A DNA stretch of 64,000 bases from Octopus bimaculoides (Eukaryota). This document shows positions 27,156 through 40,670 of this stretch, piece after piece. Position 1 is the first letter of the stretch. Every line of letters begins with the position of its first letter. The notes under the pieces were generated by a model. The model saw nothing but the letters and a program-made list of their open reading frames with translations. It did no database searches and was not told where the DNA came from. The translations under genes and the position numbers were made by a program. The stretch lies in assembly GCF_001194135.2 (NCBI RefSeq), contig NC_068982.1, forward strand, positions 171,088,146 through 171,152,145, in the 5' to 3' direction.

Positions 27156-27898
27156 TTACAAAAATGAATTTAAATTAAAACGGTGTATAACAGCGAAAAT
27201 ATTGTAACCACTTGAGTAGGCGACGAAGAATCTACACGGATCAGTACTAACAGCATGCTATAATTCGTAGTGTTTTATTATAATTGTCTTCTAATGGTGA
27301 GTTCAAATCCAGCTGTCATTGATTTTTAGACATCTTATCCTAAATTTTAATACCTGAGCCGAACTAAGAAATTAAGTGTACAGAATGAATATTTTAATAT
27401 AATGAAATACCGTCTTTTTCCTTCACTATATTGATATTTGCGTATCGTATTTCATCAAGATGGAACTATAGAATACATCGAGGCTACCTTAGTATCAATA
27501 ACGTGGTATCAGAATATCGGAAAAATATGAACGAGATTTTTCTCTTTCTTTCTCAGTCAGTAATTACTATTTACCTGAAACTCAAGTGTTAATCTTATAT
27601 AAATATATCATTACAAAGCTGCGTTGGTATACGCCATTTATTTCATAGGAATCGATTTTGATTTCAATGAGAAATTTTGTAAATTATACAAAACTCTAAG
27701 AATTAATGAATGATATTATCATTCATTCCTTTGTAAATGCTGTTGCACTGCTACAAGTTTTCCCTCAGCGACCTGGCATATGTTTACACAAGGCCCAGAT
27801 TATAAGCGTGAATATGTGCGATCATACACTTTCCGTTTACTAAGATGCGACGATCTAGTTTTTGTCAGATATACCCCCTAGTTCTAGCAGGTATATAT

Positions 27899-27909
27899 TA
27901 ATCAATCAG

Positions 27910-27996
<87 letters not shown>

Positions 27997-28027
27997 GTGT
28001 GTGTGTGTGTGTGCGAGAGAGAGAGAG
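27899..28027. repeat. Compound microsatellite (ATCA)n(ATCT)n(GT)n(GA)n
   Basis: Direct reading. Confidence 0.97.
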
Positions 28028-28853
28028 TATGTGTTCATACATTTATGCATATATTATATTAATTGGCTTTAAACGCTAAACTAAATTTTAAAAGATACTT
28101 ACATCTACATAAGATAGAAGCAGATCGCAAAAAACTCCTATAATATTACGCATCCTTGCTTTTAATCATGAAACTGTTCAAATGTTTCACTCCTACTGTG
28201 ACATAAGACTCTTCAGAGGTACACTGAGATCCTGTTAAAATATGCAAGTACATTACTTCTACTTAAATATTCTGTTATAATAATGTGTATGAGTTAGAGG
28301 TTAAGAAACCATCTAAGGGTTATTAGATATCCAATATACTACTGGATGTGTACCTCCGTATTTTTAACCAAGTGCTTACTATTGCATGGCAATATATTGC
28401 AATTGAATACTAGATATGGGGTGGGGGTAAACTGGAAATTTACCTAGTTGATGTAGTTTTAGAGTCAATCTTTGACTGCTATATCTAGCATGGTGGTATC
28501 TTTTAAATACCCTAATTATAATTTTAATAATATACATATATATATATATATATATATGTGTGTGTATGTGTGTGTGTGTGTGTGNNNNNNNNNNNNNNNN
28601 NNNNNNNNNNNNNNNNNNNNNNNNNNNNNNNNNNNNNNNNNNNNNNNNNNNNNNNNNNNNNNNNNNNNNNNNNNNNNNNNNNNNNNNNNNNNNNNNNNNN
28701 NNNNNNNNNNNNNNNNNNNNNNNNNNNNNNNNNNNNNNNNNNNNNNNNNNNNNNNNNNNNNNNNNNNNNNNNNNNNNNNNNNNNNNNNNNNNNNNNNNNN
28801 NNNNNNNNNNNNNNNNNNNNNNNNNNNNNNNNNNNNNNNNNNNNNNNNNNNNN

Positions 28854-28888
<35 letters not shown>

Positions 28889-29949
28889 CAGAGAGTGCGA
28901 GAGAGGTCGATAGAATTTCATAACGAATTGTGTGGCATACAATATCAGGAAATGTATTAATCTCCTAAATTTATGAGATATACTAATTCTGGTTTCCATT
29001 GTGTCAATTTGCTGGAGGATAATTAACATAATTTATGGTCTTTTCATTATTCTTCAGGACTTACCTTATCTGCAGCTATGTTGTGTAGTATGTTTATATA
29101 CGCATATATTCATTTTCTATAGAAATATGTAAACATTACAAGGGAACGTATGACCTTTCTAAACCTAACAACATGAAAACATTAGTAAGAAATTGAATAT
29201 TTAACAAGCAGGCAAATCTATGAAGTAGGCAAAAGTGAAGTCGGGATACAAAAGTGAAGACCTGTATTGGAGTGTAGTATTCACTACACTGAATAATCTA
29301 ATATTGAGTTGTTTACAGTCAACTTGAGAACAAAGAGCCAAGATGCTTTCCTATATCTTTTCTCTCGACTCGTAAACTATGTTTGACTTTTTTTATGTTA
29401 AACAGATTTCTGCAACTTATTGTATGATGGAAGCATTGAACTGAATTAATGTATTGTGCTTTTAATTTCATACGTGCTTGAGTGATACGAGTAACGACTT
29501 ACGGTTTATTTTGAGTTCTTTTTTTCTTTTTTATATTACTTTTAGTGGAATGTTTTCTACGGTGTGCAGATTACATAACGTCCTTCACCGTCCAGTTGAA
29601 ATCGTCCACTTTGTTGATTTATCTCCATTAGTCACGCTCAGCATAGTCTCCATTTTTCAACTATGTGCCTAGTTTAGATACAGATTTGTTCAAGAAAAGG
29701 TCCATAAAAGAATTACAATGTGATGCGCTCTTCAGTCGAAATTCCTGTTCCCAATTGTTATTATCAGCCTAAATTTGCTCAAAGTTGAAACTTTCTGATT
29801 AATATTATTTACTTCCAAAAATAAGGATACTTGCTGTCTTGAGATTCAAGTTTATTTCAGTTTCTTTATTCCTGTATTATTTTCATACTTTGATGATATT
29901 CAACTGAATTTTGATAAGTTGTCTTAATTTGCGCCTCATTAATTTTGAA

Positions 29950-32400
29950 AGTTTGGATATTAAACAAAAACACACTTAAAATTATATATGTGCATACACA
30001 CGCTTCTGTTTCAAATCCTTGACGAAACCCATGCATAAATTGCGTGGTGAAATAGTATACATGACTGTCGAGGAGACGCTGCTTTCTCTTAGAACGTACA
30101 ATGCAATACTTTTCATGAAATTGTCATTCTCCGAAATTTTCCGAAAATCAAGGAAAAATAAAATTACAGCTGATCTTGGGTTAACACCTTCATGAAATAG
30201 GAATTCATTAAACATCTTAATCTAAAACATTCAATGTACTCATAAATTTTCTATAGTAAGAAGTACGCACTATGCAAATATCTTCTACGTGAAGAATGAT
30301 ATCTACCGATATTTTGGACTGGTTTATTTGAGACTGCAAAATATTTTCAAATTAGTTCATTGTTCTAAGCACTACTATTTTATCATTGAATTTGATCATA
30401 TTTGATGCTTGAGAGCAATAATTTTGTCAAAAATGACTTAATACGTTTCTTATCTCTTATCTACTCCTTTACAGCTGAGTAAAATGTTTTACATTGGTGC
30501 AATCCATTTGAAATAAGTTCAGTGAATGTAAATTTCCCTAACTGCTGATAAGTGTATTTTGCCAATACTCACTTTGCGATCTTCTTCAAAGAAGTTAATA
30601 TTGGTTGTGTAATAAATTTCATCAATCAATTGTTACAATCAGGATAGTCCAAAAATATTAGTCTTCCATGATTTCTCCCATTTGTGTCTCACTGGGAGGA
30701 CAATTACCGAGGAAATTGCTTACGTCTTTGAAAATGGGTGAAAAACATTTACTATAATTTATTTCATTTTATTTCATAATATTCTCTCTTACAATTTAAT
30801 TCTTCTCTTGCATGGTTTGATTCTGTATGTTATGATTTGAGGTGATAGTTGGTGTCACTTTCACTTAGTGTATGAGTACCATTTTAATAATGATTCTGAG
30901 GTCTAAGATGTTGCTCAATCTAGTTGCATACAATATTCTTTGTTTCATGAACACCATATATTTCGCATGATCAAGTTAGTAATTGCGCTTGATTGGGCTC
31001 GTGTTGTTATACTCTAAAGACTATGTTGCCTTCGGGCTATTTACCATTCGGTAAGTTAAAGTAACTTAAGAAAAGTATGTGGGCGTGCTGCTTTAACTCC
31101 CTCAATATTTACTTTTTATGTCTCTAAAGCCTCCACAAATTTATATCATGCTATGGAGCTTGTATAATCAGGTGAACAATATGATGTTCATATTGCACTA
31201 TCGAATTGCTTTATATGTACTTTCAGTATGTTTGGATGTAACAATAGATTTCTAGGTGTAACTTCTTTGCGAATGTACATAGAAACTGCACGACGACGCT
31301 TTTCTCACTTTTGCATATACGAACAAACATACATTGGTATCTGCAATTCTTCTCCAGCTAGTTCAGTTGATAGATGTATTTTTGTAAGCTCAATATATGT
31401 TGCTCGATTCCATGCAGAAAGGTTTGTAAGATAAGGAATTTTGTTACTGTTGTTGTGAAGTAGGAGATTTTTTTCTTTCAATAGCAACATTACGGTAATG
31501 TTTGCCTGATCATGTTTTAATGGTTATAGTGGTTCTATTTTGTGAGGGCGTATATCACTATGGTTCACTTACATTGGTATTCTAGTCCACTTCTGCACTA
31601 TCTTTCATGCAACCCTTAAAATGATATGTGACTTAACCGCTGAAGCTCGATCTGCATCTGCATATTGTCCATTCTTGGGTGTAGATATAGTATACGGTCT
31701 GAAATCGTAGGGTTATTCTCCTACTTTAATTTCGGGGCTCTGATTATGGGGTTTCGGTACATTCTGTTCTCTTGTCCTGTCGGCTTAGTGCGGAGTAATT
31801 TTTTCCTTGAGAGCTACGGGTTCAATATAAGTAAAGCGACAGTTGGTTTCTACTTCTCGATGGCAGCAGGAAACTACAGACAGTTTGGGTTTCGTTCTTT
31901 GCTTTTATGCTGCCTTTGTTTTTTCAATTATAATTTTTGATTGTTTATTTTATTTGTTTTTAACCTTGGTCTTAGTACTGTGTCGTATTGCTTGTTAGTG
32001 CTTCTTCCAGACTGTTCTCTTATTATGCCTATTGTGATGTTGGCAACTTAATCTTTGCTCGTTCAGCTTTCTCTAGCATTGCGTTAAGTATTGGCGGTAG
32101 GGACAGCAAGGATCGTGTACACTTTCTTGATTTCATCCTCAGGCATGTCGTTACCTTCTCCGTTCTGGTCCTTTATATATCCTGGATATCATGGGTTATT
32201 TGTTACTTCATCTAAATTTCTTTCATATTTATGCCGCATCAAGTTACCCAATGGTCTCGTCTCGTTAAAGACTTCACAAGTTGGTGAGCTGGGAGATCAT
32301 CAAAACACCGCAAAATATGCTCTGCGGTATTTCTTCTGGCATTTTATGATTTGAGTTCAAACCACATGTAATTCAACTTTGCTTTCCATCCCTCTGGTGC
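29950..32400 (-). mobile_element. Highly decayed CR1/L2-type LINE remnant, boundaries uncertain
   Basis: ORF 29982..30215 contains VILFFLDFRK (compare CR1 'VIYLDF.KAFD'). Upstream sequence has the A-rich sense-strand bias and scattered fragments expected of endonuclease/ORF1 regions, with no intact motifs. Confidence 0.4.
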
Positions 32401-33814
32401 CAATAAAATAAAGTACAGATCAAGTTGTGGAGTCGAGAGTATTATTGGCCTTGCGCCTTAATTAGAAACCATATATGGCTTCACATATGAATAAGAAAGA
32501 ACGAATCCATTCTTTTTCTTTCTCTTTATACCATTGATCTATAGCTGTCTCTCCCTTTCTTTCGCTTTTTTTCTCTCTCTCTAAATATTTATCAATATAT
32601 GTATAGGTATTTATATGTAAGTTTATTTGCCGTTATGTTTATAAACCTTCTGATATTTGCATATTTAAAGACATATGCATCTGTAAGAAAATTTTATGCG
32701 TATCATACTGCATATTGTATACATACATAATTCTTCACAATTTATGTACAGATATTCATCTCTGTATGTACATGTGCAAGCGTATAATATATACTTTGAT
32801 ATATTGTATATGTATGATGATATAAATATGAGTCTAAATATTTCAGCAAATTATTTTTTGTCTTTCTCTTAGCATTCATTTAATGATAACTTGAGGCAAA
32901 TGGTATATCGTTATAAACATTCCTTATCCTATCATCAAACTTGTTATTATTGTTGTTGTACTTGTGCTTGCTACTTTTCACTGATTTTCTTATTGTCGGT
33001 GTGCTTATAAAAATGTCTACACACATAGCAGATGAATTAATTTAACCATTGTTACAATCTGGCAACAAAGAACATATCTCGTTAGATCTATATTTACTCA
33101 AACTAAGATGCTGGCAAGATACAGCTAACCAATTTTAAGCATTATTCTATTTATGTTCACACACAGAGGTTTATGTAGGAAACTGAAACAGACTGAAAGA
33201 AATGAGAACGAGCACACAAATTTAATTATAATCATATATATAAATACGCATATATGTATAAACACACACACACAGATATATATATATGTATATATACACA
33301 CACACATATGTACATATGTATACACACACATGCATATATATATATCCATATCTATATATGCACATATACATACATATATATGTACATATTTACCTACATA
33401 TGCGTGTATGTGTGTGTGTATATATACATATATATATATATATACATAGATACATACACACTGATACACATATATATTTACAGGTTTCTCTGTGATTGCG
33501 TGCGTGTGCTTGAGTATAGGTGTATATGCTGGTGTACCTCTGAGTTTATGCTTGTCCACGTTGCTTTATATACGCCAATACGAGCAAGATCATTAATTTA
33601 TAAACAAGCACACACATAAGTGTGTATATATATATATATANNNNNNNNNNNNNNNNNNNNNNNNNNNNNNNNNNNNNNNNNNNNNNNNNNNNNNNNNNNN
33701 NNNNNNNNNNNNNNNNNNNNNNNNNNNNNNNNNNNNNNNNNNNNNNNNNNNNNNNNNNNNNNNNNNNNNNNNNNNNNNNNTATATTTCTAGATATAACAT
33801 TATATATGAATAAA

Positions 33815-34420
33815 GGAGCCTACCAAACACACTCCCCTTACCAGTGCGTAAATGCTTGGCAGATGAGATGGAGAGAATCTCCGTGTCTGGATCCTTGTCT
33901 TGCGAAGAGAGTTTCAAAAGCTTTCTCAATCGTTTTAGTTTTTGGTGCGGCGGTCGTAAATCGTCTAAGTCACGTAGACGTATACTAGCATACGCAACAC
34001 AACTGCTTGCTACACCTTAGACTGTGCGGCCAGCCTAATATCTCTCCTCTCCCACGCTGATTCACGCAGCCACCCAAATGTAATGCGTGCGTCAAATGTA
34101 ATGTGTGTCAATATTCATAGATCTGGAAAGTGAGCTGCCGTGGTGCATCAACTTATCAACAATCTTTGACGCTGATAATTGATTCCACATACGGCTTCTG
34201 CGGGCGGTTTTGTGCATGACCTGTATCTTCGAAGTTCTGATTATGACGCAAACGTTGGTGCAGGCACTGGAAAAGTTGTTCATGCTCTGTTTCGTCTTCG
34301 CCTCTGTAGCGGCGTTGAGTGCGCAGTCGTCTGTGAACTGGAAGATGCGTTCTGAATCCTTTTCCATAGTCTTAGACTGTAGCCTCCACAGCTTGAAGGA
34401 TCTGCCACCAGTCCAACCTA
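33815..34420 (-). mobile_element. RTE/BovB-type LINE, inverted 5' segment (RT C-terminus and thumb region)
   Basis: Minus strand GGRSFKLWRLQSKT..., FQFTDDCALNAATEA, FSSAC, VDKL..HGSSLSRSMNID, then SVWERRDIRL-like sequence and RKLLKLSSQDKDPDTEIL; collinear with the BovB ORF. Confidence 0.9.
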
Positions 34421-34424
34421 GTTG

Positions 34425-34786
34425 CGAGTACATAGCAAACTGGCAGGAGGCAGGCACACACAAGGTGAACCAATATAATGCTTCAACGACATACTCAAAG
34501 CCTCACTGAAGATCTTTGAGATCAACTTCGACACCTGGGAAACGCAAGCCCAAGACAAGATTGGCGAAGATGAACCAAGAGAGGTGCTAACTCCCACAAG
34601 CGCAACAGGATTGTAGGGGCACAAGGAAAACGAGAAATACGCACTTCCAGAGACCCGTCCTTGCATTCAGTCCACACAGTCCACCAGTGCCCGACCTGCA
34701 GCAGAGCTTCCCGTGCACGAAAGCATGTCTCGTTTTCTTCTCCCATGTGGCGTGATTGGTCATCGTCGACATCGACAGACAAACTA
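34425..34786 (+). mobile_element. RTE/BovB-type LINE, forward 3' segment (ORF end with zinc finger, 3' tail)
   Basis: Plus strand SKLAGGRHTQG..CFNDILKASLKIFEINFDTWETQAQD, later HQCPTCSRASRAR, then tail GGTCATCGTCGACATCGACAGACAAAC. Confidence 0.9.
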
Positions 34787-34820
34787 ACAATGATAATAAT
34801 AACCATGATAATAATAATAA

Positions 34821-35034
34821 TCCTTTCTATTATAGGGATAAGGTCTGAAAATTTCGGTGTTAAGGCTGGTCGATTATATCCACACCAGTACGCGACTGGT
34901 GCTTATTTTATCGAGTCCGAAAGAATAAAAGACCCAGCCGACCTCGGCGAGATTTGAACTTAGAACGTTACGACGGGCGAAATACCGGTGAGCATTTCGT
35001 TCAGCGTGCTAAAGATTCTACCAGCTCGCTACTT
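34821..35034 (-). mobile_element. tRNA-derived SINE, family A, near full length
   Basis: Plus ...GACCTCGGCGAGATTTGAACTTAGAACG...GCATTTCGTTCAGCGTGCTAA...CCAGCTCGC; homologous to 44221-44436. Confidence 0.88.
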
Positions 35035-36176
35035 TAGCTGTCCCAGTTATAAGCTACAGCTACAGCATCCTTAACTGGACACTAAACGAACTATGTAAAA
35101 TAGACAGGAAAACAAGAAAAACAATGACAGGATATAGGATGCACCACCCAAAATCTGACATAGAAAGGCTATATATACAACGCACAGAAGGTGGCAGGGG
35201 TCTTATACAGCTAGAAAACTATTATNNNNNNNNNNNNNNNNNNNNNNNNNNNNNNNNNNNNNNNNNNNNNNNNNNNNNNNNNNNNNNNNNNNNNNNNNNN
35301 NNNNNNNNNNNNNNNNNNNNNNNNNNNNNNNNNNNNNNNNNNNNNNNNNNNNNNNNNNNNNNNNNNNNNNNNNNNNNNNNNNNNNNNNNNNNNNNNNNNN
35401 NNNNNNNNNNNNNNNNNNNNNNNNNNNNNNNNNNNNNNNNNNNNNNNNNNNNNNNNNNNNNNNNNNNNNNNNNNNNNNNNNNNNNNNNNNNNNNNNNNNN
35501 NNNNNNNNNNNNNNNNNNNNNNNNNNNNNNNNNNNNNNNNNNNNNNNNNNNNNNNNNNNNNNNNNNNNNNNNNNNNNNNNNNNNNNNNNNNNNNNNNNNN
35601 NNNNNNNNNNNNNNNNNNNNNNNNNNNNNNNNNNNNNNNNNNNNNNNNNNNNNNNNNNNNNNNNNNNNNNNNNNNNNNNNNNNNNNNNNNNNNNNNNNNN
35701 NNNNNNNNNNNNNNNNNNNNNNNNNNNNNNNNNNNNNNNNNNNNNNNNNNNNNNNNNNNNNNNNNNNNNNNNNNNNNNNNNNNNNNNNNNNNNNNNNNNN
35801 NNNNNNNNNNNNNNNNNNNNNNNNNNNNNNNNNNNNNNNNNNNNNNNNNNNNNNNNNNNNNNNNNNNNNNNNNNNNNNNNNNNNNNNNNNNNNNNNNNNN
35901 NNNNNNNNNNNNNNNNNNNNACAATTCCTATCATAATAGGTGCCTTAGGTATAATAAAAAAATATTCAGACAAATACATAACAAAAACACCAGGACTTAC
36001 AAATATATATAACATACAGAAAATTGCACTACTGGGTACTGCACACATTCTACGCAAAACACTTTCAATACAGTAAACATAAGAGCACCACAGCAAACCA
36101 CAGCACATACCCAAGGCACACAGAGCTGCGCTCGGTAGTGAAGTGAAAGCACGTTATAAAAATAAAACAACTGAAC
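35031..36176 (+). mobile_element. R4/Dong-clade non-LTR retrotransposon, subfamily 1, 5'-truncated, spans gap 35226-35920
   Basis: TLAVPVISYSYSILNW..ELCKIDRKTRK.MTGYRMHHPKSDIERLYIQRTEGGRGL before the gap; TIPIIIGALG...IQKIALLGTAHILRKTLSIQ* after it; ~100-bp 3'UTR, then (AAT)n. The 695-N gap is about the length of the missing interval. Confidence 0.88.
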
Positions 36177-36247
36177 AATAATAATAATAATAATAATAAC
36201 AACAAGAACAAGAACAACAACAACAACAATAATGATAATGATGATAA

Positions 36248-36327
<80 letters not shown>
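36177..36327. repeat. (AAT)n/(AAC)n array between two R4-clade copies
   Basis: Direct reading. Confidence 0.97.
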
Positions 36328-36329
<2 letters not shown>

Positions 36330-37300
36330 CATAGCATCGTATGTAAAAAGTTGCACAGAACCGTTATTATAAGTAAGAAAGTCAAGCTTCTGTAGGAGGA
36401 AAGATTGCAAAGATAAAGCACTGTACAAGCAATTGAAAACGAAGGAAACTGAAAATAGGTGGGTAAAGAAAAGAAGGCATGAACAATTTCATAGGTATGT
36501 TGAAGATAAAACAGACAAAAAAAAAAGATAGCTGTGGATAACTAAAAGTGATTTAAAACCGGAAATGGTTTGTCTAATCTGTGCTGCCCAAGAGCAAGCA
36601 CTAAGAACAAATTACGTAAAATACAGAATAGACAACACTTCAGAAAGTGATAAGGGCTGAATTCGTGGACAAAATGGTGAAAAAGTATGGCATATTACAG
36701 TAAATGTACGCCACTAGCCCAAAAGGAATATAAGAGACGCCAAGACAATATAGCCCGACTTGTCCATTGGACACTTTGCAACAAGTATGGACTTGACAGA
36801 GCAAAAAATTGGTACGACCACAAACCCGAAGGCATCGTCGAAATTAAAAATGCAAAGATCCTATGAGATTTTATAATTCAGTGCGACCATGAGATAGAGA
36901 ATAGGAAGCCAGACATAGTCTTAATTGAGAAAGAAAACAAACTATGCTGGATCATAGATATAACATACCCAGCAGACAACAATATATGCGATAAGGAAGA
37001 AAGAAAATTTGAGATATATCACAGGTTAGCTAGGGAAGCTAAGCAGTGGTGGTCGATGAAAAAGGTAGCAGTAGTACCAGTAACTGTCGGAGCCCTGGAC
37101 ACAGTGAGCAAAAAGCTCGAGAAGTATATGGAACAAATAGGGACTGCAATAAGGGTGGAGCACTTGCAGAAAATAGCACTGCTAGGAACCGCTCGAATAC
37201 TCCGGAAAGTGCTCGACAAATAAGAGTTGTTACCTTACTTCACTAGTAGTGAACAGCTGGCATCGTAGTACATCTCCAGCGTTAGAGGCTGTGCAAAGGC
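36328..37300 (+). mobile_element. R4/Dong-clade non-LTR retrotransposon, subfamily 2, 5'-truncated (CCHC region, restriction-like endonuclease, 3'UTR), decayed
   Basis: LICAAQEQALRTNY.KYRID; YKRRQDNIARLVHWTLCNKYGL..AKNWYDHKPEG; KPDIVLIEKENKLCWIIDI..PAD; VAVVPVTVGAL; LQKIALLGTARILRKVLDK*; 3'UTR ...CATCTCCAGCGTTAGAGGCTGTGCAAAGGC followed by (AAT)n. Confidence 0.93.
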
Positions 37301-38216
37301 AATAATAATAATAATGATAAAAATAATAATAATAATATATATATTTATTTATATATATATATATNNNNNNNNNNNNNNNNNNNNNNNNNNNNNNNNNNNN
37401 NNNNNNNNNNNNNNNNNNNNNNNNNNNNNNNNNNNNNNNNNNNNNNNNNNNNNNNNNNNNNNNNNNNNNNNNNNNNNNNNNNNNNNNNNNNNNNNNNNNN
37501 NNNNNNNNNNNNNNNNNNNNNNNNNNNNNNNNNNNNNNNNNNNNNNNNNNNNNNNNNNNNNNNNNNNNNNNNNNNNNNNNNNNNNNNNNNNNNNNNNNNN
37601 NNNNNNNNNNNNNNNNNNNNNNNNNNNNNNNNNNNNNNNNNNNNNNNNNNNNNNNNNNNNNNNNNNNNNNNNNNNNNNNNNNNNNNNNNNNNNNNNNNNN
37701 NNNNNNNNNNNNNNNNNNNNNNNNNNNNNNNNNNNNNNNNNNNNNNNNNNNNNNNNNNNNNNNNNNNNNNNNNNNNNNNNNNNNNNNNNNNNNNNNNNNN
37801 NNNNNNNNNNNNNNNNNNNNNNNNNNNNNNNNNNNNNNNNNNNNNNNNNNNNNNNNNNNNNNNNNNNNNNNNNNNNNNNNNNNNNNNNNNNNNNNNNNNN
37901 NNNNNNNNNNNNNNNNNNNNNNNNNNNNNNNNNNNNNNNNNNNNNNNNNNNNNNNNNNNNNNNNNNNNNNNNNNNNNNNNNNNNNNNNNNNNNNNNNNNN
38001 NNNNNNNNNNNNNNNNNNNNNNNNNNNNNNNNNNNNNNNNNNNNNNNNNNNNNNNNNNNNNNNNNNNNNNNNNNNNNNNNNNNNNNNNNNNNNNNNNNNN
38101 NNNNNNNNNNNNNNNNNNNNNNNNNNNNNNNNNNNNNNNNNNNNNNNNNNNNNNNNNNNNNNNNNNNNNNNNNNNNNNNNNNNNNNNNNNNNNNNNNNNN
38201 NNNNNNNNNNNNNNNN

Positions 38217-38278
<62 letters not shown>

Positions 38279-40487
38279 TGATGTGCTTCTATACAATATC
38301 CTTCATCATAATGTAACTGCTACGCAGTCGTCGGCCCGGTACTATATTGGAAGTTATCCCTGAAATAAAACTGCATGGGACTGACCATAAACGCACTTAT
38401 CTTTTAATGAGAATTACAAATACCGGGAAATGATTTCTCATTAAAAACCTCAGAAGAAATTTAGTATACAGAACTTCAGTCTGACTTTATATTTGAAACT
38501 TTATTCAAACAATGACCAGAATAGCGATTTTATATACATTAAGACATGGTAACTTTCTATTAAACTGTATACAACTGCGAGAGTTTATGTGTCAGGAATT
38601 TTAAAATTTTGGCTGACTTCGACTTTGTGGCTTGGAAGAAATTTGGCAATTTACGTAAACAATACTAGAATGCTTACTTATATATAAATACCTCTCCATA
38701 ACTTATATTCATGGAATAAATTAAAGAAAAATACAGAACAAAATAGATCAGAAGTAAATGTTAGATATCTTCATCTGTGAGAAAAAAAATAAGATTTTCA
38801 TGACTGACGTTGACATGGTATCGCTCCAAATATACTCTATAATGAACTAAAATTTCAAGCAAATATTCTGCTAATTCAAATATAACTTTTAGCATATTTT
38901 GCAATCTAGAACACATCGAAACAAAATTTCCAACATATTAACCAAAACTATTTGAAGTACAACTTCACAAATACTAAAAGGAAATTAACTGGCTTGAGCA
39001 TTGGAACATAGTGCAGCATTTAAACTCTCTTTGATACATCAGAATAACCGCCAATACTTTAAAAAATTGATTTACGCCACTAAAACATTCATTTTAAACG
39101 CAAATAGGAAAGCCACTTTATTTTGTGAAAATATTCGATCGCTAAAACCTAACATTCCACATAATATAACATCAAAAATCCTACCAACGCCAGATCACAT
39201 TATACTAAAATTAACGTATTTCAGCTTTGTACGAAAGAGACGTACCAAATCGTCATATACGAACTAGTTACGAACCACTATTTTGATATGCGAATATTGT
39301 TAGATTAAGTTACATATGCAGGCTAAATTGGGACTACACCAATGACTGGAAGCAAACTCCAAATCTAACAGCTGTGTACGAATTTTGCGTGTGTGAATAT
39401 GTGAATTAGCACATATATATGTGCATCTGTGCCTACATATGTGTGAGATTCTGTGAACGGGGAAGTGTATTTATATTTCTATTAAGATACGCGGACCATT
39501 AAATTCTGTGCTAATTCTGCATTATTTGTCTGATAAGCACAGATAAGCATGCAAAAAAACATTGTATATATTTATTAAGTGGAATATCAGTTCTTCCAGC
39601 CTAATATCGATAGCACGTTGTAATATTATTTACACTAAACTCGTATTAAAAAGTAGAAACCTCCCGCTTACAACAAATAAATATACAATCGAAATTTAAA
39701 GAAGGACCGAAACAAAATCTCTATAAAAATTACCAAAACTAATTTTCATGTCTTTATCCATTTATGTATTTTCATGTGTTTGTGAAGCTAAGTATTAAAT
39801 ATAAACATTAAAATATGATACATATTGATGCTTCTGTATATTTAGTTATCTAATTATAGGTTTCTTTACAGACGCACGTGTATGTTTACTTACAAATTAT
39901 TTTCTCTTAAATTTATATTTTTAAATATCTATGCGTCACTTTTATTCCTTCCCCCGTTGTTCAAACCATTTTTTTATTTGAAAATTTAAATGTGTTATTG
40001 ATTTTTAGTGTTTGCTTACTAATATTTAACTTCACATGACTTTTTAAAAAATCTACCTGAATATCCCCGTTATCTCCTGTGACTAGATATCATGCAGTTG
40101 TTGATGTTTTGTCGCAGGTTAGTTTTGTTATGGCATACATATGATCAAAGCTATTCCAGACTTAACATTTTTTCCATTTTTCGTATATATGGTCTATATG
40201 TTTTTTTTTTGTTTTTTTTTATCCAAAGTTTCTTTCACGCTATAAAATGCTGCATCTGACGTGAGGGTAGTTTGTTCATTCTGGCTGTTAGAGTTACCAT
40301 ATTTATTCCTTTTCGCTTTACATTTTCTTTTACGTTGTGGTTTCGAAAATCGTGTGAGCTGGTCTTTGCAATCCGGTCTAGGCTGATTTCTAAACAGTAA
40401 TAAAAAAAAAATCCAGTCACCTGTTCATGTTATTGAAAAATCTTTGAATGTGTAATCAAATTAAAAATTAATATTTATAGTTGCTTT

Positions 40488-40670
40488 AAGGCGTGAGGAG
40501 GCAGAATCATTAGCACGCCGGGCAAAATGTTTAGCGGTATTTCGTCTCTCTTTATGCTTTGAGTTCAAATACAACTGAGATGGACTTTGTGTTTCATCCT
40601 TTCGGATTCGATAGAAGAGGAACCAGATAAGTACTAGTGTCGATGTAATCGACTTAGACCCCTCCATAAA
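40488..40670 (+). mobile_element. tRNA-derived SINE, family A
   Basis: AAGGCGTGAGGAGGCAGAATCATTAGCACGCCGGGC...GAGTTCAAAT (B-box-like)...TTTCATCCTTTCGG... Confidence 0.88.
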
